Shown piece by piece: positions 19,527 through 28,781 of a stretch of 64,000 nucleotides of DNA. Below the pieces are notes generated by a model. That model was not told the origin of the DNA. It saw nothing but the letters and a program-made list of their open reading frames with translations, and searched no databases. A program made the position numbers and the translations under genes. The stretch is taken from NCBI GenBank assembly GCA_965232515.1, contig CBDDPY010000002.1, forward strand, positions 5,376,001 to 5,440,000, written 5' to 3'. This stretch comes from Alphaproteobacteria bacterium (GTDB lineage: Bacteria > Pseudomonadota > Alphaproteobacteria > GCA-2731375). Position 1 is the stretch's first letter, and each line of letters starts with the position of its first letter.

Positions 19527-20164
19527 CACTCGGCTTGCACGACGCCCTGGCGGCCTGTCCGCTGGTCGCCATCCTGCGCGGCCTGACGCCCGACGAGGCT
19601 TCGCCGGTCGGCGAGGTCCTGCTCGGCGCCGGTTTCCGCATCCTCGAGGTTCCACTGAACTCACCCGAACCGTTGGAGAGCATCCGCCGCCTCAACGCGG
19701 CCTTCGGCGCCAATGCCCTGATCGGGGCCGGCACCGTGCTGTCCCCGGCCGATGTCGCCGGCGTGGCCGAGGCGGGCGGGCGGCTGATCGTCATGCCGCA
19801 CGGCGACGTCGAGGTGGTGCGCGCCGCCAAGGCCGCGGGCCTCCTCTGCGTGCCCGGCTTCGCCACGCCGACCGAAGCCTTTGCCGCGCTGGCGGCCGGC
19901 GCCGACGCGCTGAAGCTGTTTCCGGCCGAGTCCCATCCGCCGGCCGTGCTGAAGGCCATGAAGGCGGTGCTGCCGGCCGATGTCCCGGTGCTCCCTGTCG
20001 GCGGCATCACGCCGCTGAAGATGGCCGACTACTGGCGCGCCGGCGCGGCCGGTTTCGGCCTCGGCTCGGCGCTCTACAAGCCGGGCCTTTCACCGGCCCA
20101 GATCGAAGAGCACGCCCATGCCTTCGTTACCGAATTGCGACATATCCATGACAGCGGTTGCTGA
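19523..20164 (+). CDS. dgoA: 2-dehydro-3-deoxy-6-phosphogalactonate aldolase
   Basis: PLVAILRG, EVPLNSP, GAGTVL, LKLFPA, GFGLGSALY. ATGA coupling to dgoK. Confidence 0.92.
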   Translation: MTLGLHDALAACPLVAILRGLTPDEASPVGEVLLGAGFRILEVPLNSPEPLESIRRLNAAFGANALIGAGTVLSPADVAGVAEAGGRLIVMPHGDVEVVRAAKAAGLLCVPGFATPTEAFAALAAGADALKLFPAESHPPAVLKAMKAVLPADVPVLPVGGITPLKMADYWRAGAAGFGLGSALYKPGLSPAQIEEHAHAFVTELRHIHDSGC

Positions 20165-20194
20165 CCGGCGCGGCTGGGTGTAGATGGTGATTGT

Positions 20195-20707
20195 ATGAAA
20201 GTGGTCCTAAAGATCGTGGGATATGTATTCCTTGCCGTCGTCGCGATCGTCGTGGTCGGCGTGATCGCGACAGCGTTCGTCGGCCGCGAGGGCATGCTCA
20301 GCCTCGTCTTCGGACCGGTCGAAGAGCGCGAGATCGATTTCACCACGCTGCAGAAGACCGACAAGCCGAATCAGTTCCTGGTCTGCCCGCTCGACGTCTG
20401 CGCCGAGACGCCCGATATGGTCGCGCCGGTCTACGAGATGTCAGCCACGGACCTTCGCGACAAATGGCTGGCGATGCTGGCCGAGCAGCCGCGTGTTGAG
20501 CAGATCAGCGCCGACGATGAGAACATGCACTACGACTTTCGCCAGCATACCGAGCTGATGCGGTTTCCGGACACGATCACGGTCCGTTTCATTCCACTCG
20601 GGGACACCCAGTCGACGCTTGCCGTCTACAGCCGGTCGCACTACGGATATTCCGACTGGGGCGTTAATCAAAAGCGCGTGACGGCCTGGCTCGAGTCCCT
20701 GCGGTAG
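20195..20707 (+). CDS. DUF1499-like membrane-anchored protein
   Basis: N-terminal TM, PNQFLVCP, LMRFPD, YSRSHYGYSDWGVNQKR. Confidence 0.8.
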   Translation: MKVVLKIVGYVFLAVVAIVVVGVIATAFVGREGMLSLVFGPVEEREIDFTTLQKTDKPNQFLVCPLDVCAETPDMVAPVYEMSATDLRDKWLAMLAEQPRVEQISADDENMHYDFRQHTELMRFPDTITVRFIPLGDTQSTLAVYSRSHYGYSDWGVNQKRVTAWLESLR

Positions 20708-20961
20708 CGCCGCATCCCCACGATTGTAAGGAATTCCGACACGCGCCGGCGTGTCCGGCGTTAACCATTCTTTATCCCCGGTTTCAGTGACTTCGGCCCG
20801 CAATCGGCCCGAACGGCGGTGATTTGCGCCTGCCGATCTTCAAAAACCTGTCGGGAAAACTTACATGCGTCACAGAATTGTCCCATCGGATCTGCATAAC
20901 TATTTGATATTCAAGAGTTGGCAAGGGTCTTGCGTTACGTGTGATAATTCTGTGTCATAGA

Positions 20962-21166
20962 GCATCACACAACGCGACAGTTTGTGTATTTGGGAGGAGG
21001 ACCGGTCGAGAGGCTGGCGTTCTTGGCCACGGTTCGACCGGAAGTGTTTGGTGTCGGCCTGCGTGTCGTATCACGCGTAGCAGGAAGACACCCGTCGACG
21101 TGACTGATGCCCTCTAGCGTCGACGAACTGCGGCGGTCCCAATTATCGGGGCCGCCGCTTTTTTTT
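20962..21166 (+). ncRNA. Candidate structured small RNA
   Basis: Successive stems (CCGGTCGA/TCGACCGG, GGTGTC/GACACC, CGTCGACG x2) ending in a strong terminator. AT-rich promoter-like DNA upstream. The 5' end is approximate. Confidence 0.45.
21130..21166 (+). terminator. Intrinsic terminator
   Basis: GCGGCGGTCCC-AATTATC-GGGGCCGCCGC followed by T8. Confidence 0.85.
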
Positions 21167-21254
21167 CGTCATGATCGACGTAAGCGCGCGGGCTGGTTGC
21201 GTGCGGCCAACCTGGGCTAGTCTACGTCCACGGGGACGCAGGCGGGGAGGGAAC

Positions 21255-23327
21255 ATGCGGATTCTGTCGCATCGCGAGCGGCCGGTGCATCTCGGTCCCT
21301 ATGCCATGGAGCGCCTGCCGCGGGCGGACGAGGCCGGGGCCATGCCGGCGGTAGCATGGCAGCGGTCCGATGCCGGCGGCGAATGGGCGATCCGCCGGGT
21401 CATGGGCGACTATGCGGCGCTCTATGATTCGCTGCGTGACGGCGCCATCGCGCCGCAGCGGGCGCCGATTTCCCAGGACCCTGACCGGCGGACGCGGGAC
21501 CTGAAGGCGCACTGCTACTTCCTCGACGCCCAGATCGTGGGCACCGCGCGGGTGCCGGCCGACGCCTGGCTCGGCGAGGCGGTGGCCGATCACACGCATG
21601 CCCTCGTCATCGCCATCGAATACGCCAAGGATCCGGCCTCCGGCGCGCCGGGCGATGCCTGGCTGACCGGCTCGCAGGACGCGCGGTCGGACCTGCGGGC
21701 CGGTGAGATCGCCACCATCATGGCCGGCTATGTCCGCCATCTCGGCTACGCCGCGCGGGCTCATTCGGCGACCATGTCCGATGTCGATTTGCCGCGCCTC
21801 GCCGTCGCCGCCGGCATTGCCGAGATCGGTTCCGATGGCGCGCTCCGCAATCCGTTTCTCGGCCGGCGGTTTCGGCTTGCCGCGGTCACCATGGCGTTCG
21901 AGATCGCGGCGGACCGCCCGTTGGCGCCCAGGCGGATCGGCGACGGCTGGCGGGTCTGGGGGCCGGGCTATTGGCTCGGCGCAGGCGGCGCCAAGCCCGG
22001 CTGGCAACGGCTGAACGCGGCGTCGCGACCGCTGCATCTCGGGCCGTATCCCATGGAGAAGATCGACCGAGCGCCCGAGACCACGACGCTGATCACCGAC
22101 GATGTGCCGCGCGTGCCGAAGCGGGCGAACTTCTTCACCCGCTGCCTGAACGGCGACCTCGGCCCGAAGGCCCAGCGCGAACGCAACCGCTTCGCCTTCA
22201 AGACGCCCTACGCCCAGGGCTACATGCCGCTGATCAAGAACCTGGTGCCGATGCAGGATGGTCCGATCGCCGAGGCGGCCGCGTCCGGGACGGACGATCC
22301 GGCGGCCAATGCCAACGACGTCAAGGCCGCCGGCTATTTCCTGGGCGCCGACATGATCGGCATCTGCGAGGCCCCCGCCTTCGCTTATTACTCGCACGAG
22401 CTCGACGGCACGCCGATCGCGCCCTATCACAAATACGCCATCGTCATGCTGATCGATCAGGGCTATGAGACCATGGAGGGCGCGTCGGGCGACGACTGGA
22501 TCTCGGGCGCCCAATCGATGCGGGCCTATATGCGCGGCGCCGAGATCGCCGGCGTGCTGGCGGCGCAGATCCGGCGCCTGGGCTACGGCGCGAAGTCCCA
22601 CACCAACGCCGATTCCGACGTGCTGCACATCCCGCTGATCCTGCTGGCCGGTCTGGGCGAGCTGTCGCGCATCGGCGAGCTGGTTCTGAATCCGTTCGTC
22701 GGGCCGCGCTTCAAGTCGGTGGTGGTGACGACCGACATGCCGCTTGAGCCGGACCGGCCGATCGATTTCGGCCTGCAGGACTTTTGCGACCAGTGCATGA
22801 AGTGCGCCCGCGAATGCCCCTGCGATGCGATCTCGTTCGGCGACAAGATCATGTTCAACGGCTACGAGATGTGGAAGCCGGACGTCGAGAAATGTGTCCG
22901 CTATCGGGTCACCAATCCGAAGGGGTCGGCCTGCGGCCGCTGCATGAAGATGTGCCCCTACAACTCGGAAGGGCTGCTGCTGCATCGCTTGTTTCTGTGG
23001 GCCGCGATCAAGCTGCCGTTCACCCGCAAGTGGATCGCCATCCTGGACGACAAGGTCGGCAACGGCCGGCGCAATCCGGCGAAACGCTGGTGGTACGATC
23101 TGGAAATCGTCGACGATGTGGCGGTATCGCCGCCCTTGGGCACCAACGAGCGCGATCTGGATTTGGACCGTGTTGTCGATCCGGCGAAACAGAAGCTGGC
23201 AATCTATCCCGCCGACACCATGCCGCCGCCGGACTCCACTGAGCCGGTCACGGTGGACAGGAAGGCGGGGTTGCGCCGCGCCGCGGAGGCCGAGAAGGCC
23301 GCCGACGCACGGGCGCGGGTCGGCTAA
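21255..23327 (+). CDS. rdhA: Catabolic (NpRdhA-type) cobalamin-dependent reductive dehalogenase
   Basis: Duplicated RPxHLGPYxME/LKA..YFL.A modules, DQGYETMEGASGDDWIS, QSMRAYMRG, AGLGELSRIG, GPRFKS, and two Fe-S motifs (CDQCMKCARECP; C-X12-CGRCMKMCP). No Tat signal. RBS GGGAGG. Confidence 0.88.
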   Translation: MRILSHRERPVHLGPYAMERLPRADEAGAMPAVAWQRSDAGGEWAIRRVMGDYAALYDSLRDGAIAPQRAPISQDPDRRTRDLKAHCYFLDAQIVGTARVPADAWLGEAVADHTHALVIAIEYAKDPASGAPGDAWLTGSQDARSDLRAGEIATIMAGYVRHLGYAARAHSATMSDVDLPRLAVAAGIAEIGSDGALRNPFLGRRFRLAAVTMAFEIAADRPLAPRRIGDGWRVWGPGYWLGAGGAKPGWQRLNAASRPLHLGPYPMEKIDRAPETTTLITDDVPRVPKRANFFTRCLNGDLGPKAQRERNRFAFKTPYAQGYMPLIKNLVPMQDGPIAEAAASGTDDPAANANDVKAAGYFLGADMIGICEAPAFAYYSHELDGTPIAPYHKYAIVMLIDQGYETMEGASGDDWISGAQSMRAYMRGAEIAGVLAAQIRRLGYGAKSHTNADSDVLHIPLILLAGLGELSRIGELVLNPFVGPRFKSVVVTTDMPLEPDRPIDFGLQDFCDQCMKCARECPCDAISFGDKIMFNGYEMWKPDVEKCVRYRVTNPKGSACGRCMKMCPYNSEGLLLHRLFLWAAIKLPFTRKWIAILDDKVGNGRRNPAKRWWYDLEIVDDVAVSPPLGTNERDLDLDRVVDPAKQKLAIYPADTMPPPDSTEPVTVDRKAGLRRAAEAEKAADARARVG

Positions 23328-23980
23328 GGGCTCAGCGAGATACCGAGAACGGCTTCGAGGTCGGCAATAGCCTGAGCGGGCTCGCCGACCTTGATCGTCC
23401 GCATGCCCATGGCGCGGGCCGGCTTCAGGTTGATGCCGAGATCGTCCAGGAACACGGCTTCCGTCGGCGCGATCTCGAGTTGCTCGCAGGCGATTTCGTA
23501 GAACCGCGGCTCCGGCTTACGGACGCCAACGGCGCTCGACTCGATGACGGCGTCGAAGATGGTCATGATTTCGGCAATCGCCTGCGCCTTCTCCGGCGTG
23601 CGGGCCATGCCGGGCCCATCGCCCAGCCGGGCGTTGTTGGTCAGGCACGCGGTCTTGAAGTTCGCCGCCACGGTGCGCAAGGCCGCCACCATCTCGGGCC
23701 GCACCTCGCCGGCCAGCAGCTTCAGCACGTCCCGGCCGCTGACCGCGTGGCCCGCCGCCCGCGACTCCGCTTCGAACAGTTCGCAGAAGCCGTCAATGTC
23801 GACCTCGCTGCGTTCCAGCTTGGCCCAGGCATTGTCATGCGCATTGCGGGCGTTCAGCCCGCGAATGAAATCCTGGGGCAGGCCCTTCTCCGCTTCGTAA
23901 TGCCGGAACGCCGCGAATGGACTGGTCAGGATGACGCCGCCGAAGTCCCAGAGGACGGCCTTGATCTCCGCGCCGCTCAC
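23324..23980 (-). CDS. HAD-IA family hydrolase
   Basis: [29 protein letters not shown]. The GTG start overlaps the msrB stop. Confidence 0.88.
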   Translation of the reverse strand: MSGAEIKAVLWDFGGVILTSPFAAFRHYEAEKGLPQDFIRGLNARNAHDNAWAKLERSEVDIDGFCELFEAESRAAGHAVSGRDVLKLLAGEVRPEMVAALRTVAANFKTACLTNNARLGDGPGMARTPEKAQAIAEIMTIFDAVIESSAVGVRKPEPRFYEIACEQLEIAPTEAVFLDDLGINLKPARAMGMRTIKVGEPAQAIADLEAVLGISLSP

Positions 23981-24417
23981 GCCGTGCGTTCTTTGGCGTC
24001 GGCTTCGGTGTCCGCTTCCGTTTGCGCCGGGTCGAGATCCAGTGAGGCGCTGTTCATGCAGTAGCGCTGGCCGGTTGGCGCCGGGCCGTCTGGAAAGACA
24101 TGGCCGAGATGCGCATCGCAGGTGGCGCAGAGCACTTCCGTGCGCCGCATGAACAGCGAATTGTCCGCTTCCTCGCGCACGGCTTCCGGCGATACCGGCG
24201 CCCAGAAGCTCGGCCAACCGGTGCCGGAGTCGTATTTCGTGTCGGACTTGAACAGCGGAGTGCCGCAGCAGATGCAGTTGTAGGTGCCGGGCGTTTTGTC
24301 GTCCCAGTATTTGCCGGTGAAGGCTCGCTCGGTGTCCTTGCGCCGGGTGACCTGATACTGCTCGGGCGTCAGTTGCGCCTGCCATTCCGCTTCGGATTTC
24401 TGAATCTTGGCCGCCAT
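23977..24417 (-). CDS. msrB: Peptide-methionine (R)-S-oxide reductase
   Basis: [46 protein letters not shown]. Confidence 0.95.
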   Translation of the reverse strand: MAAKIQKSEAEWQAQLTPEQYQVTRRKDTERAFTGKYWDDKTPGTYNCICCGTPLFKSDTKYDSGTGWPSFWAPVSPEAVREEADNSLFMRRTEVLCATCDAHLGHVFPDGPAPTGQRYCMNSASLDLDPAQTEADTEADAKERTA

Positions 24418-24603
24418 GCTGCTGCTCCCAGGGGAATTCGCTGTGCTTAGACATAGTTTGACAGGCCGTGCCGGGTCAATCGCCGGCCATGCCGGCGCCG
24501 CGCTCACGCAACGTTGATTTGCCACAGGCGGCCTGTCCCTGGCTCTTGACGTAGGATTTCGGCGATGAATGTCCAAGACCAAAAGACAACAGGAGGCGCG
24601 TTC

Positions 24604-25098
24604 ATGAACATCAAAAGCTCAGGCTTTGTTGCCGGCGCCATCGCGGCGGCCGCACTGCTGGCTTCGGCGGCTCTCGCTGAGAAGGGCGAGATGGGGCCGA
24701 CGGTGATCGAATTCACCCAGACCGGCTGCCAGTTCCTGGAGTCGGAAGGCGGCGTCGATCACGGCTACATGCCGATGACGGCCAAGGACTGCAAGACGAT
24801 CAACGCCCAGACCGGTGGCGAGCGCCTGACCAAGTCCGAGGTGCTGACGCTGAAGCCGGGCAAGTACCTGTTCCGGGTGGCGAACCAGGACGTGCCCTAC
24901 GAACTCGGCTTCTGGCTGCGCGAGCACGACTACGACTGGCGGAATCCGCTGCACAAGGTCAGCAAGATTTCGGTCTCGGGCGGCGGCCTGGTTCAGGGCA
25001 AGGTCAACGAATACGAGGTCGAGCTGAAGCCGGGCGAATACCTCTATTCCTGCCCGCTGAATCCGACGCCGAACTATCGGATCAAGGTCGAAGGTTAG
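24604..25098 (+). CDS. Secreted cupredoxin-like fold protein
   Basis: Signal peptide, [41 protein letters not shown]. Confidence 0.65.
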   Translation: MNIKSSGFVAGAIAAAALLASAALAEKGEMGPTVIEFTQTGCQFLESEGGVDHGYMPMTAKDCKTINAQTGGERLTKSEVLTLKPGKYLFRVANQDVPYELGFWLREHDYDWRNPLHKVSKISVSGGGLVQGKVNEYEVELKPGEYLYSCPLNPTPNYRIKVEG

Positions 25099-25858
25099 CG
25101 CGCATTTCAGCTACGGCGGCGCCAAGCGCGTCGGTGAGAATCCAGGCATCGCCGGAATAGCCGATGAAGTCGAAGCCCTGCGCGTTTCGGGCGATGCCCT
25201 CCCGCACGCTGGCCACGAGTTTCCCGAGCGACCGGCCGTGGATTCGTGCCGCGTCCACCAGACGGTCGACGGCGGCGATGAAGTCGGGATGCTCGAACTG
25301 CTCGGGAATGCCCATGGCAACCGACAGGTCGTAGTGACCGAGCCAGAGTCCGTCGACACCATCGATGGCGGCAATCGCCGCCGCATTGTCGATGCCCTTC
25401 GGCGTCTCGATCTTGGCGAAGTAGCTGGTCTCGGCGTTTGCACGCGCCATCATGGCTGACGTCGGACCGGGAGTGTAGCGGTCGTGCGCGACACGGGCGG
25501 CAACGCCCCGGCGCCCGTCGGGCGCGTACTTCATTTGCGCCAGGAAACGCTCTACCTCGTCGACCGTCTCGACCATAGGCGACATGATGCTGGCCGCGCC
25601 AACGTCCAGTGCCTGGTGCAGGAAGTGCAGATCCTTTGACGGCAGCCCGACGATCACCGGCAGATCGGCAGTGTCGAAATAGGGCAACACGCGCTTGACG
25701 GTCTCGATGCCGAAGCCGCTGTGCTCCATATCGAACAAGGCGAAGTCGCAGGCCGCGCCTTTGAGAATATGGCCGATACCGGGCGTATCGAATTCGACGA
25801 CGAACGTGCCGAACTTCGCCGCACGGCTTTTTGTCAGCGCCTTCAAGGATGCCGCCAT
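25082..25858 (-). CDS. HpcH/HpaI aldolase family protein
   Basis: FDMEHS, PMVET, KYAPDGRRG, KIET, DGLWLGHYDLS. Confidence 0.88.
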   Translation of the reverse strand: MAASLKALTKSRAAKFGTFVVEFDTPGIGHILKGAACDFALFDMEHSGFGIETVKRVLPYFDTADLPVIVGLPSKDLHFLHQALDVGAASIMSPMVETVDEVERFLAQMKYAPDGRRGVAARVAHDRYTPGPTSAMMARANAETSYFAKIETPKGIDNAAAIAAIDGVDGLWLGHYDLSVAMGIPEQFEHPDFIAAVDRLVDAARIHGRSLGKLVASVREGIARNAQGFDFIGYSGDAWILTDALGAAVAEMRANLRP

Positions 25859-25956
25859 TGCCGCCTCCGCGCCGGTCGGCGCCGACCGAGTTCCGGAATG
25901 GTTGACCGGGGCGCCGGTGAACGCAAACATTAGTGCATTCAATTTGGAGCCAAGCA

Positions 25957-26847
25957 ATGCTCAGCGACGCCGACGTCGAATTCTATCGCGAGAACGGCTA
26001 CATCGTGGTGCCGGACGTGGTCTCGGCCGAAGAGATCGCGCGGTTGCGCGCCGTCACCGAGGAGATTGTCGCGCAGTCCCGGCAGGTGCGGGAAAATGAC
26101 GACGTCTACGATCTCGAGGACAGCCATGCGCCGGACCGGCCACGGGTGCGCCGGATCAAGACGCCGCACAAATGGCACGAGGCCTATGCCGCGCTGGTGC
26201 GTCATCCCAACATCGTCGCGGTGCTGCGCCGCCTGATCGGGCCGAACATCCGGTTCGACACGTCCAAGCTGAACATGAAGAGCGAGGCCGGCGGCGCCCC
26301 CGTCGGCTGGCACCAGGACTGGGCCTTCTATCCGCATACCAACGATGATCTCTGCGCGACCGGTCTGATGCTGGACGATGTCGGCCTCGACAATGGGCCG
26401 ATGATGGTGGTGCCCGGCAGCCACCGCGGTCCGACCTACGACCATCACGCCGACGGCTATTTCTGCGGTGCGATCAACGACGATACGGCCGAGGCCGAAT
26501 ATCCCAAGGCGGTACCGCTGACCGGCACGGCCGGATCGCTGACCGTGCACCACGTGCGCATCCTGCACGGCTCGGCGCCGAACCGCTCAAACCGGCCGCG
26601 CCGGTTCCTGCTGCATCAGTATCGCGCCGCCGATGCCTGGCCGCTGTTGGGCTTCGACGACATTGGCCAGTACGACGATCTGATGGTCGCGGGCGAAACG
26701 ACCATCGCGCCGCGTCTCGTGCCGACGCCGGTACGCCTGCCGCTGCCGCCGGCGCCGCACCAGGGCTCGATCTACGAGAACCAGCGCGGTCTGGGTGACA
26801 ATGTCCGCATTCCGGACGACGAACCAAAGAGGGCAGAGGCGACGTAA
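25957..26847 (+). CDS. Phytanoyl-CoA dioxygenase (PhyH) family protein
   Basis: FYRENGY, KLNMK, WHQD, NGPMMVVPGSH, LHGSAPNRS. Confidence 0.92.
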   Translation: MLSDADVEFYRENGYIVVPDVVSAEEIARLRAVTEEIVAQSRQVRENDDVYDLEDSHAPDRPRVRRIKTPHKWHEAYAALVRHPNIVAVLRRLIGPNIRFDTSKLNMKSEAGGAPVGWHQDWAFYPHTNDDLCATGLMLDDVGLDNGPMMVVPGSHRGPTYDHHADGYFCGAINDDTAEAEYPKAVPLTGTAGSLTVHHVRILHGSAPNRSNRPRRFLLHQYRAADAWPLLGFDDIGQYDDLMVAGETTIAPRLVPTPVRLPLPPAPHQGSIYENQRGLGDNVRIPDDEPKRAEAT

Positions 26848-26856
26848 CGCAGAACC

Positions 26857-26882
26857 GTCATCCTGGCGAAGGCCAGGATCCA
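26857..26882 (+). repeat. GTCAT-stem-ATCCA REP-like palindrome (intact partner of the IS-disrupted copy)
   Basis: GTCATCCTGGCGAAGGCCAGGATCCA. The inverted partner is split into TGGAT (26916-26920) and CCTGGCCTGCGCCAGGATGAC (27961-27981). Confidence 0.8.
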
Positions 26883-26920
26883 CTGCCGCGGTTCACCAAT
26901 ACGGCGAAAAGTCGTTGGAT

Positions 26921-27960
26921 GCCCTGAGTTCACAAACGAAGTGCAACACCTTGTGTTGGAGGTGTTGCGATGGGATCCGATTACGCCCAGTTGTCACTGG
27001 AAGAGCGGTGTGAGATTTCCCGCCTTCAAACCGCCGGCCGCTCGATCCGGCAAATCGCGGCAGCTCTGGATCGCGCGCCATCAACAGTCTCTCGCGAACT
27101 GAAACGCAACAGCGGCCGACAGGTCGGCTACAAGCCAGCCTATGCCCAGCAGCAGGCCCGCGCCCGGCGCTGGTCCGGGCCCCGCCTGCAACGCGATCCG
27201 AGCTTGCGCGACCGCGTCCTCGACGGCCTCAAACGCGGCTGGTCGCCGGAACAGGTCGCCGGCCGGCTCGCCCACACCGCCGGCCAACACGTCATCTCGC
27301 ATGAAAGCATCTACCGCTTCGTCTATGCCCAGCTCGCCCGCACCCAGGACTTCCGCTGGCGCCTGCTGCTGCCGCGCGGCAAAAGCAAACGCGGCTGGCG
27401 CGGCCGCAGGGGCGGCAGCCCGGCCAGCTTCATCGCCGGCCGCGTGCCCATCGCCGATCGCCCGGCCGACGTCGACGACCGCACAACCCCGGGACACTGG
27501 GAAGCCGACCTCATGCTGTTCGCGACCTACGGCCAGGCCATCCTCGTCTGCCATGAACGTCTCTCCCGCATCCTCCTCGCCACCCGGCCACCGGGTAAGG
27601 CCGCACAGCCCATCGCAGACCACCTGCACGCCCTGTTCGCCGACCTGCCGCCCGACCTGCGCCAGACCGTCACCTTCGACAACGGCACCGAATTCGCCCG
27701 CCACACCGAACTCCAGCACATCGACATGCAAACCTACTTCTGCGACCCCCATGCCCCCTGGCAGAAGGGCGGCATCGAAAACGCCATCGGCCGCTTCCGA
27801 CGCTTCATCCCCCGAAAGACAAACCTCGACGAGCTCAACCGCCGGCGCCTGCACCAATACCTGCGCGCCTACAACACCACGCCGCGGAAATGCCTTGACT
27901 ACAGAACCCCAGCCGAGGTCTTCATCGAACACCTGTTGCACTTCGAATGTGAATCCACCT
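26921..27960 (+). mobile_element. IS30 family insertion sequence
   Basis: Imperfect terminal IRs TGAGTTCACAAACGAAGTGCAACA (26925-26948) and TGTTGCACTTCGAATGTGAATCCA (27934-27957). Exact ends are uncertain by a few bp. Confidence 0.9.
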
Positions 27961-27980
27961 CCTGGCCTGCGCCAGGATGA
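26970..27980 (+). CDS. IS30 family transposase
   Basis: HTH SIRQIAAALDRAPSTVSRELKRN, WSPEQ, ISHESIY. DDE residues in GHWEADL, TFDNGTEF, WQKGGIEN. Confidence 0.95.
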   Translation: MGSDYAQLSLEERCEISRLQTAGRSIRQIAAALDRAPSTVSRELKRNSGRQVGYKPAYAQQQARARRWSGPRLQRDPSLRDRVLDGLKRGWSPEQVAGRLAHTAGQHVISHESIYRFVYAQLARTQDFRWRLLLPRGKSKRGWRGRRGGSPASFIAGRVPIADRPADVDDRTTPGHWEADLMLFATYGQAILVCHERLSRILLATRPPGKAAQPIADHLHALFADLPPDLRQTVTFDNGTEFARHTELQHIDMQTYFCDPHAPWQKGGIENAIGRFRRFIPRKTNLDELNRRRLHQYLRAYNTTPRKCLDYRTPAEVFIEHLLHFECESTSWPAPG

Positions 27981-28007
27981 CGTGGTTGGGGGTGCGATGC
28001 CCGGAAG

Positions 28008-28781
28008 TTAGCTAGCCCCGGCCTTGCTCAGCGCCTTCGCGACCTGCTTGATCTGGTGGCCGACGGAGACCGGCATCATCGAGGTGATCTCCAGGTCGCG
28101 GTCCTCGTAGGCGTCGGCCTCGGTATGCTTCCGCCGCCAGTCTTCGATGGCTGCGTCGCGCTGGTGCAGCAGCTGCTCGATCTGCGGCCGGAACAGCACC
28201 AGCATAGCCGTGACCCAACGGTTAGTCGGCCATGACGGCCAGGCATGGTCCATGGCGAAACGGTCGAGCAGCCGGATCACGTCGTCGGCTTCATAGAAAG
28301 ACTCGCCCGTGACCCAGCGGTTGGTCGTGAACAGGTGGGTCGGGAAGCCTTTCTTGTCCATCGAGATCGCGATGAGATGGCTGAGGCGTTCGTCGCCCGT
28401 CGGCCACTCGGCCTCACCGTCGTAGGCGACGGGATCGACGCCGGACGGCATGCCCTTCTGGCGCAGAAACGTATGGAAATGGCCGTGCTCGCCCTGTGCG
28501 CCGCGATGGGCGTGATAGTAGTACTGCGAGTGGGTCTCTTTGTCGTAGACATCGCCCTCGGGATAATGGTCCCACTCATAGAAGGTGCCCTGTCCCTTCA
28601 GCACCTCGCCGACGATGTTGGCGTCCACCTTGGTCAATACCCGATAGCACTCGAGCACTTCCTCGCCGGCCTGCCGCATCGCCGTCAGGCGCGCGACCGA
28701 CAGCTCGTCGAAGAGGGATCTCGGCCGGCTCTTGGCCGCCCCGGTCTCGTTCGCCTGCACGATTTCGATCTGTCCTTCCAT
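28008..28781 (-). CDS. His-rich conserved protein of unknown function (DUF6969-like)
   Basis: HYPEGDVYD, QYYYHAH, EHGHFHTF, SHLIAISMD, LFTTNRWVTGE. TGATG coupling to the upstream FGE-like gene, with RBS GAGGGAG. The family name is from recollection. Confidence 0.75.
   Translation of the reverse strand: MEGQIEIVQANETGAAKSRPRSLFDELSVARLTAMRQAGEEVLECYRVLTKVDANIVGEVLKGQGTFYEWDHYPEGDVYDKETHSQYYYHAHRGAQGEHGHFHTFLRQKGMPSGVDPVAYDGEAEWPTGDERLSHLIAISMDKKGFPTHLFTTNRWVTGESFYEADDVIRLLDRFAMDHAWPSWPTNRWVTAMLVLFRPQIEQLLHQRDAAIEDWRRKHTEADAYEDRDLEITSMMPVSVGHQIKQVAKALSKAGAS

Noticed and set aside
23324-23327. Overlapping stop codons of convergent genes (also 50452-50455, 57808-57811) and 3' overlaps at 25082-25098 and 35961-36006
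   Set aside because: Common in compact bacterial genomes. There is no sign of a special function.
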